From: Candidatus Altiarchaeota archaeon
Lineage (GTDB): Archaea; Altiarchaeota; Altiarchaeia; IMC4; SCGC-AAA252-I15
Assembly: GCA_043800255.1 (NCBI GenBank)
Contig: JAZDNF010000009.1
Coordinates: 224,001 to 288,000, forward strand
Reading direction: 5' to 3'
Length of the DNA: 64,000 nucleotides
This document shows, piece after piece, positions 19,045-28,528 of the stretch. The translations under genes were made by a program, and so were the position numbers. The first letter of the stretch is position 1. Each line of letters starts with the position of its first letter. The notes under the pieces are model-generated. The model saw only the letters and a program-made list of their open reading frames with translations, was not told the origin of the DNA and ran no database searches.

Positions 19045-20253
19045 TCAGTCTTTCTGTTTCAGTATCGCGATGGTGTAGTCTTTGTTCAGGTGTTCTGTCG
19101 TCGTTTTTTTGAGGTCTTCGAGTGTGACTTCCCTCACTTTTTTGACGTAGTCTTCTGTCGTTTCGAGTTGTGCTGCTGTGTTCAAGTATCTGAGGGTGCT
19201 TGCCCTTCGCAGGGTGTCCTCGTTCTGCAGCAGGAATGAGCCTTGCACGTAGTCTTTAGCGCTTTCCAGCTGTTTTTCGTTCACTGTCTTGATTCTCTCA
19301 AGGCATTCCCGGATTACAGTCTCGACCTCCGGGAGATTGGCCTTCTGGGTGCTGACGTTTGAGAAGAATATGCCGTAGTTCACTCCAGCACTGTGTTCGA
19401 CTCCGACGTCGTATGCGAGGCCTCTTTTGGTTCTCAGTTCGTCCATGAGCCAGCCGCTCATCCCCCTGCCGAGGATAGCCTCCACCAGGTCGAGGGCGTA
19501 GGAATCTGGGTCGGAGCGCGGGACGGTGTCGTATCCGAATATCATGTACGATTGTCCGGTGTCCTTCTCCTCAACGAGCCGGTAGGGTCTCCTCGCTTTC
19601 ACGGGTTTGACGGATTCGCTCCTGCCGGTTCCTGGCTGCATCCGCTCATATGCTTTTCTGACGACAGGCAGCGGGTCTCCGACGTCGCCGACTACTGACA
19701 CTACCATATTCTCGGGGACGTAATGTTTTTGATAGTATCCGATGATATCCTCCCGTGTTATGCCGGATACCGTTTCGATGCTTCCGACAGGCGGGCTCCC
19801 CAGCTGATGATCGGGGTACAATGCCTTCTTGAAGAGCAGTAGCTGGTAGAACCGGGGGTTGTCATGTATCAGCTTTATCTCGTCCAGTATCACGTGGCGT
19901 TCTTTTTCAAACGTCTCCTCCTTTAGGAGGGGGTTTGTCATCAGGTCGGAGAGGACGTCCACTGCGAGGGTGAAATACTTTTTCGGTATTTTCACGAAGT
20001 AGGATGTCGATTCGTAGGATGTTTCGGCGTTCAGCTCGCCTCCGACGCTCTCTATCTCATAGGATATCCTCCTGGCGTCAGGCCTCTTTTTGGTGCCCTC
20101 GAAGAGCATGTGCTCTATGTAGTGGGAGATTCCTGACAGCGCCTTCGGCTCGTTTATGGATCCAACAGAAACCGACGCCTCAACCGAGACGGAGTCAGTA
20201 TTGCGCTTATCGTATAAGACGGTCAGCCCGTTTTCAAGTATGTTCTTCTCCAT
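19045..20253 (-). CDS. M16 (pitrilysin/insulinase) family zinc peptidase
   Basis: Inverted zincin HYIEHMLFEGT, GGELNA, LRTKRGLAY. Confidence 0.93.
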   Translation of the reverse strand: MEKNILENGLTVLYDKRNTDSVSVEASVSVGSINEPKALSGISHYIEHMLFEGTKKRPDARRISYEIESVGGELNAETSYESTSYFVKIPKKYFTLAVDVLSDLMTNPLLKEETFEKERHVILDEIKLIHDNPRFYQLLLFKKALYPDHQLGSPPVGSIETVSGITREDIIGYYQKHYVPENMVVSVVGDVGDPLPVVRKAYERMQPGTGRSESVKPVKARRPYRLVEEKDTGQSYMIFGYDTVPRSDPDSYALDLVEAILGRGMSGWLMDELRTKRGLAYDVGVEHSAGVNYGIFFSNVSTQKANLPEVETVIRECLERIKTVNEKQLESAKDYVQGSFLLQNEDTLRRASTLRYLNTAAQLETTEDYVKKVREVTLEDLKKTTTEHLNKDYTIAILKQKD

Positions 20254-20293
20254 CTGATGTAGCTTTTTAAAATATTATCATATAAGTTAATCT

Positions 20294-20521
20294 ATGGATT
20301 TAAGCCTGCTTTTTGGCGTTGAGTTCACGCTCGAGTTGTTCATCATCATCCTGGAGCTGGTTGTCCTGATAGTGATCCTAGCGCATCTTAAGATGATGAA
20401 GAACGAGAACAAGCTGCTTCATGAGGCGGTCAAACTGCTTAAACAGGACATAAAAGAACTGCATGAGGCCCACAAGGAGCTGCACAAGAAAGTGGACAGA
20501 ATCCACAACAAGATGAAGTAG
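20294..20521 (+). CDS. Small single-TM protein with coiled-coil tail
   Basis: Hydrophobic N-half followed by heptad LHEAVKLL...LHEAHKEL. Confidence 0.65.
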   Translation: MDLSLLFGVEFTLELFIIILELVVLIVILAHLKMMKNENKLLHEAVKLLKQDIKELHEAHKELHKKVDRIHNKMK

Positions 20522-20617
20522 GTGTCATAAGACGTTATTCCGGCCCTAACTCTTATCCCCTCCCTGCGAACAAGCTTCTGACAGCCATTCTTTTTCTGTG
20601 ATGCATTATATTAAATT

Positions 20618-22579
20618 ATGGTCAGAGAGAGGATACGAGGGAGTAAGCTCACACCCCCAACACTCGATTCCAGTGAACTGATGCCGGTCAGAGGGGGTAA
20701 GGACACTACAAAATCACATAAGGGGCTCCTGTTAGACTTCGTCGGAGAATGCTCCTGGCACCCTGAGGAGAAGGAGAGGCTCATCGCAGTGTTGGATGAT
20801 GATGCCCTGAATTCAAAGGACGTTCCCAGATTCCTAGACCAAGCTAACCGAACCATAGGCTACTACAAGAAGGGGATAGACTATCTCACCAGACAGGCTG
20901 GAGAGGAGGAGATTATAGACTTGGATTTGATGAGATTGGGATTTGCGCACTCCCTGAACGGAACACTCCGGGATTTCAAATTCTACTCCGATGCTGAGAA
21001 AAAAACACTAAGGCCTGAATTGCAGATGATGAAGTCACTTCTTGAGAAAGCCCATCCAGGACGGAGTCAGGATTACGTAAACAATTGGATCGGAGGGATT
21101 GATCTGACCCATAATGGGCTGCCATACGAACCGGGTGTGGAAAGGCATGGCGAGCTTAGGTGGCGTTATGTAACAAGATTGGACGCCGCCGCGAGCGTTC
21201 TGTTGGACGACACGATACTCGACCGTCTCATAAAGACGGATGAGATAAAGGAGGGCCATGATAGCCCACCCCATAATCTCAGAAAGGAAATTACAGAATG
21301 CATATACCGGACTATGAAACCCGAAGATTCCCAGAAGGTGAAGGAGTTGGCACAGCGGGAGAAACAATTGTCAGATAAAATCAAGAGCGACCCGAGTGAT
21401 GATCTATTGGGGCAGATAAGGGAGGCTGAAAAGCTCAGAACCCAGATAACCGCGAAAGCGGACAACGAGAGAGAGGAAAAGCTGAAAGAACTTAGGAAGT
21501 CGATTATCGAAAATTATCAGAGCGTGTTAGAGCTTCCGAAAGATTTCAGCGATAACCCTGAGAAGAAGGAGGAGTACGCAGAGTACGTAACTGATAGGGT
21601 CATAACAAGGGTGAGGAACCTGAACAAGATGCGCCGCATGATGCGCGACCTAAAGGATTGCATCAACGAATCGCCTGACCTCACAAAGGAGGAGGAGCTG
21701 AGCAGAATCAAAACAGACGTTTCGCGTATAATACAGGTTGAGGCGGACTCCAGGAAGAGCATTGAAGGCAAACTCGATGTGCACAATATCGCACCAGCCG
21801 AGTCCAGGACCATACTAATGGAGGTCCGCACAAAGATAGGGAACATGGAGGACTCCAGGTCAAAGGAAAGGAAGCCCGGCTCTTATGACAACATCCGCAC
21901 TCACACTTCCGATGACATGTTCAAGTGGCTTGAGGGTTTAGGAGCCTCTGACGAATGCTTGAGCGTCGGCTACCTCTGGCATGAGAGCCACTCTTGCACG
22001 CCCGAGATGCTATTCTCGGCGACTACAACAACGCTCCTGCTCGAAGGCCAGCAGAGGGGGGTTGAGGCCAGCCTCACAGGCCGGCTTATGCCTGCCATAG
22101 TCGAAGGAAAAATTGAGCCAGTGCTGTTCAGGCAGAAGATGCGCGCGAAGACAGACGACAACCACCGTTACTTCCTGAACGACGCCTTTATCAAGTATGC
22201 CATACTCTCAGGGGCGACGAAGATAGCAGCCCATTCTGGAACAATAGGCGACCCTTTCTCGCTGAAGTTCAATCACAACCTCTTTGAAAAGCCTTTTGTC
22301 GTAGAATATGATGGCGCATCAGGGGAGAAAATCAGGGAGAGAGTGACCTTGACAACCCGCCAGGAGAGGAAAACCACGCTGAAGTTCATAGAGCCTGTGG
22401 GTAGGGCGTCTGAGGGCGTTCTTCACACACACGAGAAAAAGGAGAGATACACCAAAAAGGAGACCATCGAGGGCGTGGAAACCGGCGTCTTCAGCTACCC
22501 GGATGACCTACAACCGGAGAAGGGCAGATATAAGCAGAACATGTGGATTGTAGACATCAGCAGGGAGAGGATACAGTAG
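20618..22579 (+). CDS. Large orphan protein (coiled-coil middle, alpha/beta C-terminus)
   Basis: 653-aa ORF followed by a T-run; no recognised family. Confidence 0.65.
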   Translation: MVRERIRGSKLTPPTLDSSELMPVRGGKDTTKSHKGLLLDFVGECSWHPEEKERLIAVLDDDALNSKDVPRFLDQANRTIGYYKKGIDYLTRQAGEEEIIDLDLMRLGFAHSLNGTLRDFKFYSDAEKKTLRPELQMMKSLLEKAHPGRSQDYVNNWIGGIDLTHNGLPYEPGVERHGELRWRYVTRLDAAASVLLDDTILDRLIKTDEIKEGHDSPPHNLRKEITECIYRTMKPEDSQKVKELAQREKQLSDKIKSDPSDDLLGQIREAEKLRTQITAKADNEREEKLKELRKSIIENYQSVLELPKDFSDNPEKKEEYAEYVTDRVITRVRNLNKMRRMMRDLKDCINESPDLTKEEELSRIKTDVSRIIQVEADSRKSIEGKLDVHNIAPAESRTILMEVRTKIGNMEDSRSKERKPGSYDNIRTHTSDDMFKWLEGLGASDECLSVGYLWHESHSCTPEMLFSATTTTLLLEGQQRGVEASLTGRLMPAIVEGKIEPVLFRQKMRAKTDDNHRYFLNDAFIKYAILSGATKIAAHSGTIGDPFSLKFNHNLFEKPFVVEYDGASGEKIRERVTLTTRQERKTTLKFIEPVGRASEGVLHTHEKKERYTKKETIEGVETGVFSYPDDLQPEKGRYKQNMWIVDISRERIQ

Positions 22580-22615
22580 GATTTTTTTATTAACCGCTAT
22601 TAGTAATTTAATACT

Positions 22616-23446
22616 ATGAGAGGTTGGTGGGTTGTTTTTTTGGTCTTTTTTGCCGCTGCAGCTGACTCGCAGGTTTTCGGAGAGGGTAATGTTATCGTCT
22701 CCGATAATGGCGATGCCCTAGTACTATTGGACTTGTTCGGCAACGGGACTGTGAACGTTCCCACGCCCCTTGATGTAGAGTCTCCTAAGGTGAGAGGGGC
22801 CTTGTATGTCAGCGCATCCAACGGCATAGACGTCTCATTTGACGGCGAGGCTACCGTCGCTTATATGACGCAGCTTCTCACGTCAAAGGACGGTGATGTC
22901 TGGAGTTTCTGGGCGGAGTTGCCTGAGATTCCCATAGGAGTCACGGTCTCATTCCCTGCTAATGCTAGGGTCATCTCAACAGAGCCAACGGCCTTCGTAG
23001 AGCAGGGTGACGATTCAGTGAACGTCATGTGGATTAGCATATCGTCTGAGAACATCTCGGCAGATTACAAGCTCTCGTTCGATGAGCCTGTAACTGCCGC
23101 AGCGCAGCCAGATAGAGGGGGAGTGAATCCTTTCTTGTATGCTGCAGCCCTGTTTGCATTTATCTTTATCTACCTTTACATGAGCCGGCGGAAGTCGGGC
23201 ATAGTACTGTCAAAAGGCAAGAGGAATGTGATGAAAACGCTGACCGGGAACGAGTACAAGATCGTCACATTGTTGCTTGAGAGCAGGGAGGGTCTGAAGA
23301 GGTCAGAGTTGGAGAGGAAGTCAGGCATCGCCAAGTCCTCGCTGGCTTCCGCCCTGTACAATCTGGAGCAGAAGAACATATTAGGAGTTGATAAGACGGA
23401 GGAAATGCACTATGTGGAACTCACAGAGTGGTTCAAGAGCCTCTAG
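22616..23446 (+). CDS. Membrane-anchored transcriptional regulator (signal peptide, extracellular beta-domain, TM, winged HTH)
   Basis: Signal peptide; TM FLYAAALFAFIFIYLYM; C-terminal LTGNEYKIV...RSELERKSGIAKSSLASALYNLEQK wHTH. Confidence 0.8.
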   Translation: MRGWWVVFLVFFAAAADSQVFGEGNVIVSDNGDALVLLDLFGNGTVNVPTPLDVESPKVRGALYVSASNGIDVSFDGEATVAYMTQLLTSKDGDVWSFWAELPEIPIGVTVSFPANARVISTEPTAFVEQGDDSVNVMWISISSENISADYKLSFDEPVTAAAQPDRGGVNPFLYAAALFAFIFIYLYMSRRKSGIVLSKGKRNVMKTLTGNEYKIVTLLLESREGLKRSELERKSGIAKSSLASALYNLEQKNILGVDKTEEMHYVELTEWFKSL

Positions 23447-23504
23447 TTCAGGCCTGTTCAGGTTTGTTCGCACTCCTCTTTATATGGAGTTCATGCGATA
23501 TTCA
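23446..23504 (+). promoter_or_regulatory. Phased GTTCA repeats around a TATA box
   Basis: GTTCA at 23446 and 23456, GTTCG at 23466, TTTATAT at 23479, GTTCA at 23489, ATTCA at 23500. Confidence 0.6.
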
Positions 23505-23518
23505 TTCGGTGATAGGAT

Positions 23519-24487
23519 ATGAAATTTAAGAACATTATGATTTTGCTGGCTGTGACAGTGTTACTGTCCACCATATCGTACGCGAAAGATGATAACAATC
23601 TGGGGAAAATGACCGGCATCGGGCCAAAATTAGACGATGACGACGATGATTCAGATAAACCCGTTAGAGAGGATATGCGGGAAAAGGATAAAAGCATGTC
23701 AGACGAGGAGGATGAGTACGACGATGACATGCGGGGTATAGACGATGACGAGAATGAGACGGACGATGATGACGAGAACGACTCAGATGACGATGCATTA
23801 GAACTGGACGACGAGAACGAGACAGACCACCGCAGACTGGAGGAGAAGAAGGGACAATCCAAGAACAAAACACGTTACCGTGAAGGAGAAAACGAAACCG
23901 ATGATAATGAGGGGGATGAATCCATGGGCCAGATTATTTCCTCCATGAATCAGGCGAGGAGGGAGCAGTTCCGTCTCATGAAGGAGGAGATGAGGCAGAT
24001 CGGCTATCATGGGCCGGTGGACGATTTCGCGGTGGCTTTCAACAGGCAACTTAATCAGCTTCGGTTACAAGTGAGGGAGCGCATCAACTCCTCTGAGGAT
24101 TCGAACCTCACCGCATCAGTTATGCGAGAGGTCGCCCGCAGGGAGCTGGCTCGCATCAGGGAGGAGAAGCTGGCCGGCTTGAATGTCAGCGACAATGATA
24201 CCTTGGAGGCGCTACAAAACATATCAGATTCGGAGGAGAACTTCACAGACGAGATTCATAGCATGAACCACCGGTTCAGGTTCATGGTGAATGAGGTTGC
24301 ATGGAACGGCACAGTCGAGGAGAAGCAGCAGCTGAGGGAGAGAATCAGGAACTATGCGCAGGAGCGGAAAACAACCATCAGACTGCTGAGAGACGCCCTC
24401 AAGTTCAGGTATGAGACCGCCAGAGACCTGCTGAAGGAGAACAGGACGTTGGACGAAATACTGGAAAACCTGTCAGAGTCGGACTAG
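23519..24487 (+). CDS. Secreted, extremely acidic (D/E-rich) protein with helical C-terminus
   Basis: Signal peptide; poly-Asp and repeated ENETD units. Confidence 0.75.
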   Translation: MKFKNIMILLAVTVLLSTISYAKDDNNLGKMTGIGPKLDDDDDDSDKPVREDMREKDKSMSDEEDEYDDDMRGIDDDENETDDDDENDSDDDALELDDENETDHRRLEEKKGQSKNKTRYREGENETDDNEGDESMGQIISSMNQARREQFRLMKEEMRQIGYHGPVDDFAVAFNRQLNQLRLQVRERINSSEDSNLTASVMREVARRELARIREEKLAGLNVSDNDTLEALQNISDSEENFTDEIHSMNHRFRFMVNEVAWNGTVEEKQQLRERIRNYAQERKTTIRLLRDALKFRYETARDLLKENRTLDEILENLSESD

Positions 24488-24549
24488 TCCGATGGTTTCG
24501 GTTCCAGTCAGGTTGTCCATTTTTTTACATGTAATCCCCTAAGGGTTAT

Positions 24550-26151
24550 ATGCGAATCAGTTATCGCACTGGAGGGGGCAGCGGAAGCCAGCCTGAAAAG
24601 GTAAACGTCCCAGCAGACTATGATTCAATCCTTAGACGGGTTAATGAACGTATTCTGGGCCCGTCAAATGTTCAAACGTTTTTCAAACAATACTATCAGA
24701 CTGCTCCCAGCAGGGTTGACGTGCTCTACGGTTTAATGCGCAAAGCGGATGGGACCAACACGAGCGGACCTGAGAGGAAGCCGCTGAACATTGGAATCGC
24801 ATTATTGGAAGGCCGCCCGAGTTGGAGGTCCAATGTAGACGCCAACGGCGCGAAAAAGCTGCTTGAGAAGGTGGCGCAGAGGTTTGACCTGGTTAATCTC
24901 AAAGATAATGGCTACAGCATTGATGAAATAAAGGCTGTGGAAGCAGTTGTCGCGTCCGAGTTGGGCGTTGACGCAATGCAGGACACTCAGAGATGCGGTC
25001 TCCCTTCGCCTATGGGTTTAATCCAACCAGTGCAAGAACATGCAGCAAAGAAGAGAGTTGATCTATCCAGGAACTCCCGCCCCAGGGTATCGCGCCCGGT
25101 AGTCTCAAAGGAGCCTACAGATTATGAAGCCGTTGCCGATGCAGTGTCAAAGCGCGTTATCAGCCCGTCTGATGTCACCCACTTCTTTAGGGAGCATTTC
25201 AACACCGCCCCCGGCAGGGATGAAATCAATGACAGGTTTCTCAGCCAGGAGGGCAGGGCCCGCAGGAAGCCGGTGAGTATCGCGATGGCTCTGATCAAAG
25301 CCCATCCCAGATGGGCTGCCGGCAAGAAGCCGGAGGAGATGAAGAGCGTCCTGGAGAACATGTCATGGATGACCGACCTCGTCGACATTCGGGATGAGAA
25401 GTGCACAGTCGATGAGGTGAAGGCCGTCGAAGCCGCGCTCCTGTCTGAGTTGGGCGACGTCGATTCTGCGCAGATTGTCGATGATAGGCCTTCCATAAAA
25501 CCTGTCGAAGGTTTCAGCAGGCCTGAACTGAGTGAGAGGCGGCAGCTTCTGGCTGTGAGCAGGTCGCATGGTCTGACCAAAATGGTAGGCGACGGGTTTT
25601 TCATGTTTAAGAGGGCGAGTATGATGGCCAACCCAGAGGATGCTGCCAACAAGCTGGTGAATGACATACTGAACCCGTCCATACTGGACATGGTTCCAGG
25701 AATCTCTGATGTCTTTTTCAAATCCAACGATGAGAGTAAAGAGTCCGCGAGGGCGCGCATCAGCGAGGCAGGCATCCGAACGTTCAAAGCTTTTGCCCCC
25801 CAGGTAAGGGTCGCGATACTGGACGCCATAGAGTCCGATATTGACACGAGGATGAGGGATGAGACGAGGAATGACGCGATCCAGGTGTGCGCTAACATGC
25901 TCGACGAGCTGCCTCCGAGGGCCTGCGCGGAGACGTTCACGGAGATGGAGGCTGTGAAGGGTTCGCTGATGCTGGAAGTCATGAAACCTGAAAACGCGGC
26001 GAAAGCGGTTGAAAGACTTCTGAAAAGCGACAACCCGGCCTTCGTTCACAAGGGCTTCAGCCTGATGAACTACCTGCACAAGGATTCTGGAGACAAGATC
26101 AGAAAGAGGTTGAGCAGGGCTTCGCAGAATCAATTAGATGGTGAAACCTAA
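24550..26151 (+). CDS. Orphan protein with tandem duplicated N-terminal domain and MgtE-N/FliG-like helical C-terminus
   Basis: DYDSILRRVNERILGPSNV...RKPLNIGIALL repeated as DYEAVADAVSKRVISPSDV...RKPVSIAMALI. Confidence 0.6.
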   Translation: MRISYRTGGGSGSQPEKVNVPADYDSILRRVNERILGPSNVQTFFKQYYQTAPSRVDVLYGLMRKADGTNTSGPERKPLNIGIALLEGRPSWRSNVDANGAKKLLEKVAQRFDLVNLKDNGYSIDEIKAVEAVVASELGVDAMQDTQRCGLPSPMGLIQPVQEHAAKKRVDLSRNSRPRVSRPVVSKEPTDYEAVADAVSKRVISPSDVTHFFREHFNTAPGRDEINDRFLSQEGRARRKPVSIAMALIKAHPRWAAGKKPEEMKSVLENMSWMTDLVDIRDEKCTVDEVKAVEAALLSELGDVDSAQIVDDRPSIKPVEGFSRPELSERRQLLAVSRSHGLTKMVGDGFFMFKRASMMANPEDAANKLVNDILNPSILDMVPGISDVFFKSNDESKESARARISEAGIRTFKAFAPQVRVAILDAIESDIDTRMRDETRNDAIQVCANMLDELPPRACAETFTEMEAVKGSLMLEVMKPENAAKAVERLLKSDNPAFVHKGFSLMNYLHKDSGDKIRKRLSRASQNQLDGET

Positions 26152-26174
26152 CTTACGAGAACCCTGCAGATGAG

Positions 26175-26230
26175 GTTTCAGTTTATGTTACAGCTGTTTC
26201 AACAGAGGATAACGTCTGTTTCAACTATGT
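26175..26230 (+). promoter_or_regulatory. GTTTCA triple-repeat operator/promoter, copy 1
   Basis: GTTTCA at 26175, 26196 and 26218 (21 and 22 bp spacing); 53/56 nt identical to 29939-29994. Confidence 0.8.
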
Positions 26231-26267
26231 ATTTTTATCAGTAAATTGAATATTCTGAGGTGAGTTT

Positions 26268-26549
26268 ATGGTAAATGAGACTATTGCAGAAGTTGGAGGA
26301 CGAGTTGCCAGGAACATGACATTTCGCGGCGAACCGTCAGGCTGGAGGGAGCCAGTATTAGGGTTCATTCCAGCGCCACTGTTGTGGAATATCATCGTTG
26401 TCGGCGTTGTTGCCTTGATATTCTGGTGGCTTCTCCGGGGCTCGCAGAAGCACGGTGATACTCCCATGGATCTGCTTAAGAAGAGGTATGTGTCAGGCGA
26501 GATAGACAGGAAGACGTATCTGCAGATGAAGGAAGACATAAAAGATTGA
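26268..26549 (+). CDS. SHOCT-domain membrane protein
   Basis: One TM helix, then DLLKKRYVSGEIDRKTYLQMK; SD GAGGTGA. Confidence 0.85.
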   Translation: MVNETIAEVGGRVARNMTFRGEPSGWREPVLGFIPAPLLWNIIVVGVVALIFWWLLRGSQKHGDTPMDLLKKRYVSGEIDRKTYLQMKEDIKD

Positions 26550-26962
26550 GGATGGAAGTTTCCGAGACTCGGCTTGCGGTCGCCATTAGTTCAGTGTTCC
26601 TACTGGGTATACTGCTTTCCATCCTCAACGGCTATTATGTCGAGGATACTGGTTCTCCGATACCGCTCCTGACGTATGGTGTGGCTGCTGGCGGGATGGT
26701 GGTCGGAGCCCTTATCATACTGTTGTTCCAGTGGAGGATAAGTCAGGCGCAGATTGCGAGCATACTGAAGATACTGCCTGACGATGAGAGAGCAATCGTC
26801 GAACTGCTCCTCAAAGAGAGGAAGATGGAACAGACCTATCTTGTGGCAGAGAGCGGGCTGTCGAAGGTCAAAGTCTCCAGAGTATTGATGAAACTCGAAC
26901 AGAGGAGGATAATCGAAAAAAAGCCTCTGGGGAATACCAACCTTATTAAACTCACAATCTAG
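26546..26962 (+). CDS. Two-TM membrane-anchored winged-HTH regulator
   Basis: Two TM helices, then LPDDERAIV...QTYLVAESGLSKVKVSRVLMKLE...GNTNLI. Confidence 0.8.
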   Translation: MRMEVSETRLAVAISSVFLLGILLSILNGYYVEDTGSPIPLLTYGVAAGGMVVGALIILLFQWRISQAQIASILKILPDDERAIVELLLKERKMEQTYLVAESGLSKVKVSRVLMKLEQRRIIEKKPLGNTNLIKLTI

Positions 26963-26970
26963 ATTGTTAC

Positions 26971-27774
26971 ATGGAAAATTCAGCTGATGCCGCTATTTCT
27001 GTCAGTAATCTAACGAAAAAGTTCGGAGAACTTGTTGCAGTAGACGATATCTCTTTCGAAGTCAAGGCTGGCGACGTCTTCGCGTTCCTGGGGCCGAACG
27101 GCGCAGGCAAGTCTACCACGATTAAGATGCTGACGACGCTGTTGAATCCCACATCAGGCACCATGCGCGTCAACGGCTTCGACTGCCGCGTCCATAACAT
27201 AGAAGTCCGAAAATCCTTCGGCATCGTGTTCCAGGACCAGAGCATCGACGAGGAGCTGACAGCCTATGAGAACATGGAATTCCACGGGGTCATATATGGG
27301 GTGCCGAAGGGTCTGCGCGGGGAGCGGATTAGGAAGGCGCTGGAAATGGTGGAATTGTGGGACAGGCGGGATGATTTGGTGAAAAAGTATTCTGGGGGCA
27401 TGAAGAGGAGGCTGGAGATCGCACGGGGGCTCATACATCATCCGAAGATACTGTTCCTGGACGAGCCTACCCTGGGTTTGGACCCGCAGACTAGGAATAG
27501 GATATGGGAGCACATTAGGCAATTGAACGACGAGGAGGGTATGACGATATTCTTCACCACCCATTACATGACGGAGGCTGAGAACGTCGCCGACGATGTC
27601 GCGATAATAGACTATGGTAGGATTATCGGCAGGGGTTCCGTCGATGAGATTAAAAAATTGACTGGAACATCATCATTGGAGGATGCCTTCCTCAATCTGA
27701 CCGGACTGTCTATAAGGGAGGAGAACGCGTCGTCTCTTGACAGGATGCGCAGGATGAGGGGCATGGGAAGATGA
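26971..27774 (+). CDS. ABC-2 (DrrA-like) exporter ATP-binding subunit
   Basis: GPNGAGKST, YSGGMKRRLEIARG, LFLDEPT. Confidence 0.95.
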   Translation: MENSADAAISVSNLTKKFGELVAVDDISFEVKAGDVFAFLGPNGAGKSTTIKMLTTLLNPTSGTMRVNGFDCRVHNIEVRKSFGIVFQDQSIDEELTAYENMEFHGVIYGVPKGLRGERIRKALEMVELWDRRDDLVKKYSGGMKRRLEIARGLIHHPKILFLDEPTLGLDPQTRNRIWEHIRQLNDEEGMTIFFTTHYMTEAENVADDVAIIDYGRIIGRGSVDEIKKLTGTSSLEDAFLNLTGLSIREENASSLDRMRRMRGMGR

Positions 27775-28520
27775 TAGAAGTCATATATGTCATGTGGTTG
27801 AGGCAGTTGAAGAGGTACTGGCGTTCCAAGTCGAGGCTGATAGGCTCGCTGGGGCAGTCTGTTCTCTTTCTGGTCGCGTTGGGCTTCGGCTTCAACCCCG
27901 TGTTCGAGAGGGCCGGCGGGGGCAATTACATCCAGTTCCTGTCCCCGGGGATTATCGCGATGAGCATCCTATTCACTTCCATGTTCACAGGCATAGAGGT
28001 CGTCTGGGACAGGAAGTTCGGCTTCCTGAAGGAGACCCTCGTCGCCCCGATTTCGAGGACGCATATCATGTTGGGGAGGACTTTGGGCGGCGCGACAATC
28101 GCGGTGGCGCAGGGCCTCGTAGTCTTCCTGTTGACATTGCTTGTCGGCTTCAGGCCTTCGGACATGGCTTCGATAGTCCCCGCCATCCTGTTCATGTCAT
28201 TGATAGCCTTGCTGATGACCGCCTTGGGCACCGCGATAGCGTCCAGGATCGATGACATGCACGCCTTCCCGATGGTAATGAATTTCCTTATTATGCCGAT
28301 GTTCTTCCTGTCGGGGGCCTTGTTCCCCTTGGAGGATCTGCCTCCCACCCTCGACCTGCTCGTAAAGCTCAATCCACTATCCTATGGCGTGGACGGCCTG
28401 AGGGGCACATTGACGGGGCAGAGCGGATTCAGCCTCCCGCTTGACCTGACAGTGCTGGCCGTCCTGACTTTAGTCGTGAACTTTGTTGGAGGCTACCTCT
28501 TCTCAAAAATCGAGCTCTGA
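27771..28520 (+). CDS. ABC-2 exporter permease (DrrB-like)
   Basis: Six TM helices, FGFLKETLVAP, FLSGALFP, NPLSYGVD. Confidence 0.92.
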   Translation: MIEVIYVMWLRQLKRYWRSKSRLIGSLGQSVLFLVALGFGFNPVFERAGGGNYIQFLSPGIIAMSILFTSMFTGIEVVWDRKFGFLKETLVAPISRTHIMLGRTLGGATIAVAQGLVVFLLTLLVGFRPSDMASIVPAILFMSLIALLMTALGTAIASRIDDMHAFPMVMNFLIMPMFFLSGALFPLEDLPPTLDLLVKLNPLSYGVDGLRGTLTGQSGFSLPLDLTVLAVLTLVVNFVGGYLFSKIEL

Positions 28521-28528
28521 GAGGGATA

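Noticed and set aside
24490-24510. GTTTCG/GTTCCA as another regulon site (also a single TGAAAC near 13028)
   Set aside because: Degenerate or single sites without the 21/22-bp phasing; compatible with chance
26175-26230. GTTTCA(A) repeats as a mini CRISPR array
   Set aside because: The repeat unit is only 6-7 nt with 15-16 nt gaps, spacers are shared between loci, no cas genes are present, and the position directly upstream of start codons fits operators
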